Source: Firmicutes bacterium UBA3932 (GTDB lineage Bacteria > Bacillota > Clostridia > Peptostreptococcales > Anaerovoracaceae). From it: a DNA stretch of 51,703 nt. Below are positions 17,170 through 26,589 of the stretch, one piece after another; within the stretch, counting starts at the first letter, position 1; every line of letters starts with the position of its first letter. A model generated the notes under the pieces. It had not been told where the DNA came from. It saw nothing but the letters and a program-made list of their open reading frames with translations, and searched no databases. The translations under genes and the position numbers were made by a program. The stretch is from positions 596-52,298 of the forward strand of contig DGEG01000105.1 of the NCBI GenBank assembly GCA_002385825.1, in the 5' to 3' direction.

Positions 17170-18501
17170 CCCCTCCACTTCCTTTTCTACGGAACGGATG
17201 GATTCCTCCAATAATTCCACGAGAAGATATATTTCTTTTTCATGTATTATGAGCGGAGGGCTTATTAAAATAGAATCTCCGCTGATTCCGTCGATATAAC
17301 CGAAGCTGGGGTACACGATAAGCCCTCTTGAAAAGCAGGCTTTTACCACTCTATCGGTGATTTTATCTTCCGGATCGAAAACATTTTTCCCGGTTTTGTC
17401 TCTGGAAAACTCCACACCCCAGAGCAGTCCCTTTCCACGGACATCGCTCACCATCCGGGAACGCCCCATCATTTCTTTCAGCGCTCTCTCCAGGACCCGG
17501 CCTTTTTCCGCAGCATTTTTAACTACATCGTGCTTTTTCATGTAATCTATTACAGCCAGGGCATTGGCTGCGGCCAGCGGATTGCCGCCGAATGTATGCC
17601 CGGTTGAAAAATTCACGCCTCTTTCGGCCATTTCTTGGTAAATGTGCCGACTGACAATGATGCCGGACAGGGGAACGTAGCCGCTGCTGACGCCCTTCCC
17701 GAAAATGATTACATCGGGCTCAAGATTCCAATGTTCCGCTGCAAAATACTTTCCGGTCCTTCCGAAGCCCGTAATCACTTCATCTAAAATAAACAGTATA
17801 TCGTTATCCCGGCAGATCTGCTGAATGCGTTCAAAATAGCCATCCGGAGGAGTGATGCCTGCGCCTGAGGCGCCGGTAATCGGCTCGCATATTACGGCGG
17901 AAACGTTTTCGCTGCCATATCTGTTGATCATTTTCTGGAGGTAATTGGCGCAGAAAAGATTGCAGTCATGCGGTTCTTTTTCGTAAGGGCAGAGGTGGCA
18001 GAACGGGAGCTCCAGCACGGGGCAGTCGATGAGATAGGGAGCGTATTCCTTCCTCCTCGATGCGTTCCCCGACATGGACAGGGACCCCATGGTGCTGCCG
18101 TGATAACTGCTCCATCTGGAAATAATCCGCTGCTTCGTCGGTTGATTTTTAGCCGTCCAGTATGAGTAAGCCATTTTAAGGGCTAGCTCTGCGGCTTCGG
18201 ATCCGCTGTTCGCCAGGCTTACGTATGTCAGGTCACCCGGCGCCAGCGATGCGATTTCATGACAGAGCTCCTCAAGAGGAAAGTTGGTGAACTGGCTGCG
18301 ATATGTAAATGTCAACAAATCAAGCTGCTCTTTGATCGCGTCCGTTATCTCCGGGTTGTTGTGGCCCAGATTCACTGTCATGGCGCCGGAACTGCCGTCA
18401 ATATACTCTTTCCCTTCTTTGTCATAAATGTATATGCCGTTGCCCCGATATGCCATAGGGAATTTTTCCGCAAAGACGGGAGAAATAAAATTTGATTTCA
18501 T
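17158..18501 (-). CDS. Class III (omega-type) PLP-dependent aminotransferase
   Basis: SGSEA, DEVITGFGRTG, and the PLP-lysine context DVIIFGKGVSSG. Substrate unknown. Confidence 0.85.
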   Translation of the reverse strand: MKSNFISPVFAEKFPMAYRGNGIYIYDKEGKEYIDGSSGAMTVNLGHNNPEITDAIKEQLDLLTFTYRSQFTNFPLEELCHEIASLAPGDLTYVSLANSGSEAAELALKMAYSYWTAKNQPTKQRIISRWSSYHGSTMGSLSMSGNASRRKEYAPYLIDCPVLELPFCHLCPYEKEPHDCNLFCANYLQKMINRYGSENVSAVICEPITGASGAGITPPDGYFERIQQICRDNDILFILDEVITGFGRTGKYFAAEHWNLEPDVIIFGKGVSSGYVPLSGIIVSRHIYQEMAERGVNFSTGHTFGGNPLAAANALAVIDYMKKHDVVKNAAEKGRVLERALKEMMGRSRMVSDVRGKGLLWGVEFSRDKTGKNVFDPEDKITDRVVKACFSRGLIVYPSFGYIDGISGDSILISPPLIIHEKEIYLLVELLEESIRSVEKEVEGLLV

Positions 18502-18636
18502 GGGCGTTTCCTCTTTTCTGATTTACTTAATGTTGTGAGGACAATCAACTTCTCTTCAACTCATCCTATACGGGTAATCAGCCGGCCCAGTCTATCACCG
18601 GTCCGGAAAGAAGAAATACAGTAAAAGTGTGCTTAT

Positions 18637-18665
18637 ATTGTAACGGATTAGAAACGGCAATTCAA
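18637..18665 (-). promoter_or_regulatory. Candidate sigma-A promoter for the aminotransferase gene
   Basis: Minus strand reads TTGAAT, 17-nt spacer, TACAAT. This leaves a ~130-nt leader. Confidence 0.5.
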
Positions 18666-18747
18666 CTCGCAGAGACGAATAATCCAAAATTCTGCAGCAG
18701 CTTCGTTTGATTGGCTTTGTTCGGTTGGTGTTCGTGGAATTATATTC

Positions 18748-18775
18748 TTGACAAAAGAGGTCCGGGCTGTAAAAT
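18748..18775 (+). promoter_or_regulatory. Candidate sigma-A promoter for the valS T-box leader
   Basis: TTGACA (18748-18753), 16-nt spacer, TAAAAT (18770-18775). Confidence 0.6.
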
Positions 18776-18814
18776 GGAAATATAGCTTTTGCCAAAGGCA
18801 AATGCAATAAAAAT

Positions 18815-19025
18815 GAATAGGAATGCGATGATCAAGAGGAGTAACAAAACACCTTTCTACAGAGAAAAGACCCGATGCCCGCGAGCGGGTAAGGCTGAGA
18901 GGTCTTGAAAAAGGATTTTGCGAAGGTCGTTTGGGAGCATGTTTAAATGAGGGCTGTGGAAGCACAGAATTAAGGTGGTACCGCGGAACAATCCGTCCTT
19001 ATGCATATCGCATAAGGATTTTTTT
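18815..19025 (+). promoter_or_regulatory. T-box riboswitch leader (tRNA-Val) controlling valS
   Basis: Stem I 5' elements are UGCGAUGA...GAGUA and ACAGAGA. The T-box sequence AAUUAAGGUGGUACCGCGG lies at 18968-18986. A terminator follows. The candidate specifier GUC (18926-18928) sits at the 3' end of an internal loop just before a purine. Confidence 0.88.
18996..19025 (+). terminator. T-box terminator hairpin
   Basis: TCCTTATGC-atatc-GCATAAGGA followed by T7. Confidence 0.85.
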
Positions 19026-19090
19026 CAGTATAAATCGAGTATTACACGGCGAAAGCGGCCGATTCACTTTATAGTATTGGAGGAGAAGAC

Positions 19091-21766
19091 GTGGAAAAGA
19101 ATTTAAGCAAGACATATGATCCGAAACAATTTGAAAAAAGATTATACGAGGAGTGGGAAAAGAGTGGAGCATTCCAAGGGAAAAGAGACAAATCTAAAAC
19201 TCCATTTACCATCGTCATGCCTCCGCCCAACATCACTGGACAGCTTCACATGGGTCATGCCCTTGACCACACGCTGCAGGACGTGCTGACTCGCTGGAAG
19301 AGGATGCAAGGCTTCGATACCCTATGGCTTCCTGGCACTGACCATGCAAGCATCGCCACAGAAGTAAAAGTGGCGGATAAGATCCGTGAAGAAGAAGGAA
19401 AGACAAAGGAGGAGCTTGGCCGGGAAGAATTCCTGAAGAGAGCCTGGGAATGGAAAGAGACTTATGGAGGAAGGATTACCGAGCAGTGCAGAAAGCTGGG
19501 AGATTCCTGTGATTGGTCCAGAGAGCGTTTTACTATGGATGAGGGCTGCAACAGGGCCGTAGTGGAGTTCTTCGTTCGCTTATATGAAAAGAATTTGATA
19601 TACAGAGGAAACCGCATCATAAATTGGTGCCCCAGTTGCGGCACTTCACTTTCCGATGCGGAGGTGGAGCATGACGACAAGAACAGTAAGTATTACTACA
19701 TCCGCTATCCCGGTGAGGACGGAAGCGAAGGTATCGTGGTAGCCACTTCCCGTCCGGAAACCATGTTCGGCGACGTTGCCATTGCCGTAAATCCGGAAGA
19801 TTCTCGCTATCGTGACATGATCGGCAAAAAAGTGCTGCTTCCCTTGATAGGGAAGGCTATTCCCATATTGGCGGATCCTTATCCCGATCCGGAAAAAGGC
19901 ACCGGTGCCGTTAAGATTACGCCTGCCCATGATCCCAATGACTTTGAAGTTGGTCTCAGACACAATCTGCCGCAGCCTTCCTGCATCAACGAAGATGCCA
20001 CAATGAATGAGCTGGCAGGCAAATATGCGGGTATGGACCGTTACGAATGCAGGAAAGCCTGGGTTGCAGACCTGGAAGCGGCAGGGTATCTTGTTAAAGT
20101 AGAAGACATGGTCATCCCCGTGGGGGAATGCTATCGTTGCAAAGACGTGGTAGAGCCCATGCTTTCGGAACAGTGGTTCGTACGCATGGAGGAGCTGGCC
20201 AAGCCTGCCATAGAGGCTGCCAAAAGCGGAGAGCTGACTCATGTACCTGAACGCTTTGAAAAGATATATCTCCATTGGTTGGAGGAAATCAGGGATTGGT
20301 GCATCTCCCGACAGCTTTGGTGGGGGCACAGGATTCCTGCATATTACTGCGATGACTGCGGTGAGATAATGGTGCTTAGAGAGGCACCCAAAACTTGCGC
20401 CAAATGCGGCAGCGGCAATATCAGGCAGGATGAAGATGTGCTGGACACCTGGTTCAGTTCAGCCTTATGGCCATTCTCTACTATGGGATGGCCGGAGCAG
20501 ACACCGGATCTGGAACATTATTTCCCCACGGACGTGCTGGTTACCGGTTATGACATTATATTTTTCTGGGTAGTGAGAATGGTGTTCTCTTCCCTGGCAA
20601 TGACGGGTAAAGTGCCTTTCCATCACGTCTACGTTCATGGACTGGTGAGAGATGCGGAAGGGCGAAAGATGAGCAAATCTCTCGGAAACGGCATCGACCC
20701 GCTTGAAATCATAGACCAGTACGGAGCGGATGCACTGCGCTTTATGTTGGCAACGGGCATAAGCCCGGGAAACGATCTGCGCTTTAAGATGGACCGACTT
20801 GAATCCTGCCGCAATTTTGCAAACAAGTTATGGAACGCTTCGAGATTTGTCATAATGAATCTGTTGGACGAAAAAGGCGATTTCTTCCCCATGGCGGACG
20901 CGGCGGAAGGAATTGAAAAGCTGGTGCTGAAAGATGAAGACAAGTGGATTTTGACAAGGCTCAACCAAGCAGTTTCCGAAATTACGAACAAAATGGAGAA
21001 ATATGAGTTGGCCCTGGCGGGGCAGAGGGTTCACGATCTCATTTGGAACGAGTACTGCGATTGGTATATCGAGCTGGTGAAGGCAAGGCTTTATGGAGAG
21101 GATGAGGACGATAAGCTGGTGGCGCGCTTCGTACTTGTAAAGGTGTTGAAAGATATGTTGGCGTTGCTTCATCCCTTCATGCCATTCATCACCGAGGAAA
21201 TATGGGGCTATTTACCGGGAGACGGGGGAATGCTCATCGTAGCACCCTGGCCGGTATACGATGAAGCTTTGAATTTCCCTGCAGAAAGCGACAGGATGGC
21301 TTTAATCATGGAGACCATCCGAAGCATTCGAAACATCCGGGCGGAAGCGGAAGCGGCTCCGTCGAAAAAGCTTCGTGCCGTCATTCTTTCCACGGGAGAT
21401 GCCCTTAAGGCAATCAAGGCCGGTGAAAGCTATCTGAAAAACCTGGCAAACCTGTCCGAGGTGCGTTTTATCGAAGATAAGGGGCAGATTCAGGAAGAAA
21501 TCATGTCTGCGGTCGTTCATGGAGCGGAAATCTTCATTCCTCTTGACGACCTGGTTGACTACCAGGCCGAGTATCAGAGACTGGAAAAAGAAAAGACACG
21601 GCTTGAAGCGGAAAGAGCAAGGCTTTCTGCGAAGTTGGAAAATCAGGAATTCATTAAAAAAGCTCCGGAGGCTGTCGTAGCGGCTGAACGGGAGAAATTT
21701 GAAAAGGCAGGAGCCATGCTGGAAAAAATAGAAGAGCGCCTTTCTTTCGTGGCTAAAAAGATATAA
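19091..21766 (+). CDS. valS: Valyl-tRNA synthetase
   Basis: GTG start after a GGAGGAG SD. HMGH (GQLHMGHALD) and KMSKS motifs are present, with a C-terminal coiled coil. Confidence 0.97.
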   Translation: MEKNLSKTYDPKQFEKRLYEEWEKSGAFQGKRDKSKTPFTIVMPPPNITGQLHMGHALDHTLQDVLTRWKRMQGFDTLWLPGTDHASIATEVKVADKIREEEGKTKEELGREEFLKRAWEWKETYGGRITEQCRKLGDSCDWSRERFTMDEGCNRAVVEFFVRLYEKNLIYRGNRIINWCPSCGTSLSDAEVEHDDKNSKYYYIRYPGEDGSEGIVVATSRPETMFGDVAIAVNPEDSRYRDMIGKKVLLPLIGKAIPILADPYPDPEKGTGAVKITPAHDPNDFEVGLRHNLPQPSCINEDATMNELAGKYAGMDRYECRKAWVADLEAAGYLVKVEDMVIPVGECYRCKDVVEPMLSEQWFVRMEELAKPAIEAAKSGELTHVPERFEKIYLHWLEEIRDWCISRQLWWGHRIPAYYCDDCGEIMVLREAPKTCAKCGSGNIRQDEDVLDTWFSSALWPFSTMGWPEQTPDLEHYFPTDVLVTGYDIIFFWVVRMVFSSLAMTGKVPFHHVYVHGLVRDAEGRKMSKSLGNGIDPLEIIDQYGADALRFMLATGISPGNDLRFKMDRLESCRNFANKLWNASRFVIMNLLDEKGDFFPMADAAEGIEKLVLKDEDKWILTRLNQAVSEITNKMEKYELALAGQRVHDLIWNEYCDWYIELVKARLYGEDEDDKLVARFVLVKVLKDMLALLHPFMPFITEEIWGYLPGDGGMLIVAPWPVYDEALNFPAESDRMALIMETIRSIRNIRAEAEAAPSKKLRAVILSTGDALKAIKAGESYLKNLANLSEVRFIEDKGQIQEEIMSAVVHGAEIFIPLDDLVDYQAEYQRLEKEKTRLEAERARLSAKLENQEFIKKAPEAVVAAEREKFEKAGAMLEKIEERLSFVAKKI

Positions 21767-21775
21767 GGAATGCAC

Positions 21776-23095
21776 ATGAACTACGAAGAAACCATAGAGA
21801 AGATACACGGTTTTCAGAAATTCGGCAGCAGACTGGGGCTTGAGCGGATGACTGTTCTGATGGACCTCCTTGGCAATCCGCAGGATCGAATGAAGGTAAT
21901 TCACGTGGCCGGCACCAACGGAAAAGGCTCCGTCTGCCGCTATCTGGCTTCTGTGTTGAAGGAAAACGGCTATAAAGTAGGGCTTTATACTTCACCCTAC
22001 CTCGAGAGGTTTACGGAACGCATCGAGTTTGACGGTAAAGAAATATCAAAGGAAGATCTGACCGATTGTGCAGAAACGGTTTTTCGGGCAGTAGACAAAA
22101 TGTTGGCGGCAGGCTACGAGTCCCCTACTGAATTCGAGCTGGTAACCGCTATCGGGTTTGTTTATTTTCATAGGATGCCCATGGATATTCTCGTGCTGGA
22201 GGTGGGCCTGGGAGGCAGGGGAGATTCTACCAATATCATCGAAGCTCCTATTGCATCCGTTATAACCTCTATTTCCTACGACCACAGAAACGTGCTCGGA
22301 AATACTCTTGGGGAAATAGCCAGGGAAAAAGCAGGTATAATTAAAACAGGTTCTCCTGTGATCTCCAACGTGGATGATCCGGAAGCAGCGAGAGTTATCA
22401 GGGAAGCGGCTTATGAGCGAGGCTGTGATTTCTATGACGCTTCGCAAACAAAGCCCACGGATGTGACGAAATCTCTGGATGGCTATTCTTTTAAGGGATT
22501 TTCTTTCGCTGGGGCTCCTTTTCCGGTGGAATTGAAAATGATCGGCATGCACCAGGTATCCAATGCAATATGTGCTTTGACGGTGATTGAAGTACTGGCC
22601 GAAAGGGGTATAATAAATATCGATTTGGAAAAAGTGCGGAAAGGCATGAAAGGTGCGTTACAGAAGGGACGCCTGGAGATTCTGAGCAGGGAGCCTTTGC
22701 TGATTATCGACGGGGCTCATAACGAGGCCGGAGTCAAAGCTTTGACACGAGTGGTGGAAGACCATTTCCAAGATAAAAAAATACTGTTAATTATCGGGAT
22801 GATGGCCGACAAGGAAGTAGATCGCTTGGTGGAAATTTTCTGTTCCATTCCCGGAGACATAGCCGCTTCAGAACCTGACAATCCTCGAAAATTGAATGCG
22901 GAGCTGCTCTGCCGGGCTGTGAAGCAAGCGGGGCGAGACTGTGTTGTGTTGGGAGATTGGGAGAAGTCCTGCGACTACATTTATGAAAATAGGGACAAAT
23001 ACGATGTAATTATTGTTTCAGGTTCAATATATCTGATCGGTAGGGTGAGGGAGAGATTTGCGAATGACAACAAAAAAAGTATTGCTGGTCTATAA
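21776..23095 (+). CDS. folC: Folylpolyglutamate synthase / dihydrofolate synthase
   Basis: GTNGKGS P-loop and a Mur-ligase fold. The ATG at 21776 is better spaced from AAGGA than the tracked 21770. Confidence 0.9.
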   Translation: MNYEETIEKIHGFQKFGSRLGLERMTVLMDLLGNPQDRMKVIHVAGTNGKGSVCRYLASVLKENGYKVGLYTSPYLERFTERIEFDGKEISKEDLTDCAETVFRAVDKMLAAGYESPTEFELVTAIGFVYFHRMPMDILVLEVGLGGRGDSTNIIEAPIASVITSISYDHRNVLGNTLGEIAREKAGIIKTGSPVISNVDDPEAARVIREAAYERGCDFYDASQTKPTDVTKSLDGYSFKGFSFAGAPFPVELKMIGMHQVSNAICALTVIEVLAERGIINIDLEKVRKGMKGALQKGRLEILSREPLLIIDGAHNEAGVKALTRVVEDHFQDKKILLIIGMMADKEVDRLVEIFCSIPGDIAASEPDNPRKLNAELLCRAVKQAGRDCVVLGDWEKSCDYIYENRDKYDVIIVSGSIYLIGRVRERFANDNKKSIAGL

Positions 23096-23978
23096 TCCCA
23101 CGGCCGGGAACGGTCTCTTTAAAGCAAACCTGGACAGGATTATCGAGATGTTCCAAAAAAAGCGCATTTTGGTGGTACCTGTGCGCGCTGATAAACAAGC
23201 CTACATGAATGAAATGTTCCGGATGGCAAAGGAAAGAGAATTCAGCAAGATTATCGCTGCCGGAGGAGACGGAACGATAAACATCGTCGTCAACACCATG
23301 ATGAATAATAATGTGGATTTGCCCCTGGCAGTATTTCCTTCGGGAACGGCCAACGATTTTGCCTATTATTTCGATATTCCTCATGACATCGACGGAATGG
23401 TGAATATTGCAACAGAAGAGAATTACTCCTGTATCGATTTGGGATGCGTCAACGGAAAGTATTTCATCAATGTTGCAGCCATGGGTTTCCTGGTTGATGT
23501 GAGCCAGAGAACCGACCCGAATATTAAGAACACTTTAGGAGTCATGTCCTATTATCTTAAAGGAGTCAGCGAAGTTCCGAAACTTCAGCCTATACCTATT
23601 AGACTGGAAAGCGAAGAGTATTCCGGAACAGAAAAAATGTATTTTATGCTGGTGATGAACGGTAGATCTGCAGGCGGATTCAGGCGTATCGCGCCTACAG
23701 CGAGAATGGATGACGGACTTCTGGACGTGCTCCTTTTCCGGGAAATGCCTATTACGGAATTACCCGGACTTCTGTTCAATTTCATACAAGGCAACCACTC
23801 AGAGAATAAGAACGTTATTTTCTTCCGGACTAAAAAGCTCCGTTTAGAAACGGAGGCCGATATCGGAACGGATGTGGACGGAGAAAAAGGATGTGAGTTT
23901 CCTCTGGAAATCACCTGCATTCCTAAGAGGTTACGAGTAAATACTTTGCGCAATGATATGGAGGGATCTTATTGGTAG
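23064..23978 (+). CDS. Diacylglycerol/lipid kinase (DagK/YegS family)
   Basis: VYNPTAG N-terminus, the AAGGDGTIN catalytic motif, and GTANDFA. Confidence 0.85.
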   Translation: MTTKKVLLVYNPTAGNGLFKANLDRIIEMFQKKRILVVPVRADKQAYMNEMFRMAKEREFSKIIAAGGDGTINIVVNTMMNNNVDLPLAVFPSGTANDFAYYFDIPHDIDGMVNIATEENYSCIDLGCVNGKYFINVAAMGFLVDVSQRTDPNIKNTLGVMSYYLKGVSEVPKLQPIPIRLESEEYSGTEKMYFMLVMNGRSAGGFRRIAPTARMDDGLLDVLLFREMPITELPGLLFNFIQGNHSENKNVIFFRTKKLRLETEADIGTDVDGEKGCEFPLEITCIPKRLRVNTLRNDMEGSYW

Positions 23979-24412
23979 ACTATGAAATCAGTGTGACCGA
24001 TGAATACGAGAGATTGGTTGAAATGTTTATTCGTCACGGTCTTGAATTCTCCTTTGACGAGCCTCTGCCTACGGATCTTGTAAAATGCTGGAAAGCGGAA
24101 GACCCGCAGGGGAAATTAATAGGCGGTTGTGTGCTTGCAATGCGGGGCGGAGAGTACATAATCGACGGAATAGCCACGGAGCCGGAATATAGGAAACAAA
24201 AGATTGGTGGGGAATTGTTGCAGCTGGCGTTGAAAGAAGCAAGAGACAGAGGCGGAAAACGCGTATATCTGGTAGCCAGAGCTCCTGGTTTTTTCCGAAA
24301 ACATGGGTTCCAGAGGATCGAGGCGTCAGAAGTGCCGGAACTGTTCGATTGTTATTCATGTCCACAATTTCAAAAGACCTGCCATCCGGAGGTCATGAAA
24401 CTGGTGTTTTGA
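23972..24412 (+). CDS. GNAT-family N-acetyltransferase
   Basis: Acetyl-CoA motif A-like YRKQKIGGELLQLAL. ~146 aa. The TTG start overlaps the upstream stop, so the start is uncertain. Confidence 0.65.
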   Translation: MVDYEISVTDEYERLVEMFIRHGLEFSFDEPLPTDLVKCWKAEDPQGKLIGGCVLAMRGGEYIIDGIATEPEYRKQKIGGELLQLALKEARDRGGKRVYLVARAPGFFRKHGFQRIEASEVPELFDCYSCPQFQKTCHPEVMKLVF

Positions 24413-24422
24413 GAAAAATGAC

Positions 24423-24474
24423 GGAAGCGCAGGAACGGGCAGATTCAATAGGATATTCCGTTTGCTGCGCTTCC
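24423..24474. terminator. Long hairpin between convergent genes (bidirectional terminator candidate)
   Basis: GGAAGCGCAGGAACGG ... CCGTTTGCTGCGCTTCC form ~16-bp arms with one irregularity. Confidence 0.6.
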
Positions 24475-24481
24475 ACTTTGC

Positions 24482-24760
24482 CTAATCATTTTTAATCGAA
24501 TCAATCTTTGCTTCAAGCTGTGCTATTGTTTCCTGAGAAGCTTTTATTGCCTGACAATATTCCGCTTCCGGTCCATCTTCCTCATCTTTCACTTTTTCGT
24601 AATAGATTTTCCCCAGTTCGATATATGCTTGTTGAATCTTTCTATTTTCGCCGGAAATTTCACTTTTCAGCTTGGTTACTTCGGCCAATTCTTTCGCTTT
24701 TTCGGCGGCATCACTGGCCACTTCACCGATTTTACCACCCAAATCCTTTAAAAAAGACAC
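24482..24760 (-). CDS. Small helical / coiled-coil protein of unknown function (92 aa)
   Basis: GTG start with a GGAGGTG SD 5 nt upstream. Charged heptad-like sequence. No family recognised. Confidence 0.6.
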   Translation of the reverse strand: MSFLKDLGGKIGEVASDAAEKAKELAEVTKLKSEISGENRKIQQAYIELGKIYYEKVKDEEDGPEAEYCQAIKASQETIAQLEAKIDSIKND

Positions 24761-25037
24761 CCTTGCACCTCCTTCTTTTCTTTCAGCTCAGGAAGCTTCG
24801 CTAGTGAGTTCGCAATGTACCCGCTCATCTAATGTTGAAAACATTATATTCCAGACTGCCGGGCATTACAATAGCATTACAACAGATTGCAGCATAATGT
24901 GCTTACGCTTAAGATGGTCCGTAATTTGAATGAGTTGGCTCGCAGAATGGCGGGCATTATTTTTTTCTGAAAGGGCATACCGGGTTTACTCTGTGAATAA
25001 AATGTTAGAAAGATTTGACCGAGAGGTGCCTGGAAGT

Positions 25038-25811
25038 ATGAAGATCCATAAAAATGTGCTCAGGCGGAACCCCTTGAAGATATGGATGACGGTAATTGCC
25101 GCAGTACTTATATTGTTTGCCATGGGAAGTGTCGCAGGTTTCTTTGGTCTGCCGGCGGCATTGGGGCAGGAAAAAAAGCTGCCCATATATTCTGTCGATA
25201 CGGAGGAAAAGAAGATTGCGATTTCCTTTGACGCAGCTTGGGGGAATACACACACCAGGCCGATTCTCGACATTTTAGATCAGTTCGGAGTTAAAACCAC
25301 ATTTTTTCTTGTAAAGATTTGGGTGGATAAGTATCTGGAAGATGTGAAAGAAATCGCGGTCAGAGGGCATGAAGTACAGAACCATTCGGCTACCCATCCG
25401 GATATGACCGCCCTGTCTCCGGAGGAAATACGCAAAGAAGTCAGGGCTGCGGAAGATGCCATAGAAACAATTACGGGCGTAAAGCCGAATCTGTTCCGTC
25501 CTCCTTTCGGGGCATACGACAATAAAGTGATAGAAACTCTGGAGAGCATGGGATATAAAGTGATCCAATGGTCTATAGACAGTCTTGACTGGAAAGAGAT
25601 CTCCGCCGATCAGATAGTGGAACGCGTTCTTTCCCGCATCGAACCGGGAGCTATCGTACTATTTCATAACGATGCCTCCTATGTGGAGGAGTATCTTCCT
25701 CGCATTCTTGAAGAATTGGCTAATCGGGATTATCGGGTTGTACCCATTGGGCAGTTGATATATTGGGACAATTATCATATGGACAATACGGGAAAACAGA
25801 TACCAAATTAG
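25038..25811 (+). CDS. Polysaccharide deacetylase (NodB homology domain), PdaB-like
   Basis: Signal-anchor IWMTVIAAVLILFAMGSVAGFF. NodB motifs HEVQNHSATH and RPPFG. The first motif reads FDAAWG instead of TFDDG. The start is uncertain; the tracked ORF begins at 24930. Confidence 0.8.
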   Translation: MKIHKNVLRRNPLKIWMTVIAAVLILFAMGSVAGFFGLPAALGQEKKLPIYSVDTEEKKIAISFDAAWGNTHTRPILDILDQFGVKTTFFLVKIWVDKYLEDVKEIAVRGHEVQNHSATHPDMTALSPEEIRKEVRAAEDAIETITGVKPNLFRPPFGAYDNKVIETLESMGYKVIQWSIDSLDWKEISADQIVERVLSRIEPGAIVLFHNDASYVEEYLPRILEELANRDYRVVPIGQLIYWDNYHMDNTGKQIPN

Positions 25812-25828
25812 CGAAGGGAGCAAGGCAA

Positions 25829-26440
25829 TTGGACAACATTGTGGAGACAAACCGGACGGAACTATCCGGCACCATAATCACTTTACCCGAATACAGTCAT
25901 AAATCCTACGGAGAAATATTCTATAGCATGACGGTGGGAGTTTATCGCAGGAGCGGCTACTGCGACCGGATTCCCGTGATCATATCGGAGAGACTTATCT
26001 GGGATATTGAGCTTGCGGAAGGGGATACGGTTCAGGTTACCGGTCAAATCCGTACATATAATGAGATTGTGGACGGAAAAAATAAACTCAATATCGTGGT
26101 TTTCGCTCGGGAATTCATGCCGTCAGGCGAAGGGGCAAGCGACATAAATAAAGTCTACCTGGAAGGATATTTATGCAAACCTCCTGTTCGCAGAGTTTCT
26201 CCACTCGGGCGGGAGATCTGCGATATAATGCTTGCCGTTAATCGTATGTACAACAAATCGGACTACATACCCTGCATCGCATGGGGAAGAAATGCGGTTT
26301 ATGCAGGAGGGCTAAGCGTGGGCACTAAGATACGCGTAAGCGGAAGAATGCAGAGTCGTGAGTATAAGAAACGGCTGGAGAACGGGGAATTGGTTACGAA
26401 GACTGCCTATGAGGTGTCAATTTCGAGAATGGAAGAATAG
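25829..26440 (+). CDS. SSB-like protein with two tandem OB-fold-like halves and no acidic tail
   Basis: TTG start 8 nt after GAAGGGAG. The two halves each end in similar strands: GDTVQVTGQIRTYN...LNIVVFA and GTKIRVSGRMQSREY...AYEVSI. Confidence 0.6.
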   Translation: MDNIVETNRTELSGTIITLPEYSHKSYGEIFYSMTVGVYRRSGYCDRIPVIISERLIWDIELAEGDTVQVTGQIRTYNEIVDGKNKLNIVVFAREFMPSGEGASDINKVYLEGYLCKPPVRRVSPLGREICDIMLAVNRMYNKSDYIPCIAWGRNAVYAGGLSVGTKIRVSGRMQSREYKKRLENGELVTKTAYEVSISRMEE

Positions 26441-26474
26441 CCTTATCCATGGTTTTAATCTAAAAAGCATTTCA

Positions 26475-26503
26475 TTGCATTTGATTTTTCCCTATGATAA
26501 ACT
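26475..26503 (+). promoter_or_regulatory. Candidate extended -10 promoter for plsX
   Basis: TTGCAT, 17-nt spacer, TGaTAAACT. Confidence 0.45.
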
Positions 26504-26589
26504 AAAAAACAGGCATCTTTAGGAGGATAGTAATTGCAAAAGGGGTATTGACCGGTAGCCCTATAAAACTTATAAGAGGGGGAAGACAA

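Noticed and set aside
18595-18965. Two minus-strand ORFs (70 and 105 aa) in the aminotransferase-valS intergenic region.
   Set aside because: The region is better explained by two divergent promoters and the valS T-box leader. The ORFs have no SD or recognisable domains.
24829-24845. Perfect 7-bp AT-rich hairpin TAATGTT-gaa-AACATTA upstream of the small coiled-coil gene.
   Set aside because: It is short and AT-rich, with no U-tract or partner motif. It most likely arose by chance in an AT-rich promoter region.
26521-26589. Strong AGGAGG followed by a TTG (26534), and the tracked upstream TTG start (26548) for plsX.
   Set aside because: The TTG at 26534 opens only a 5-codon frame. The 26548 start is 22 nt from the SD and adds a non-conserved extension. 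The ATG at 26590 gives the canonical MRIVVDGMGGDNAP N-terminus with its own SD.
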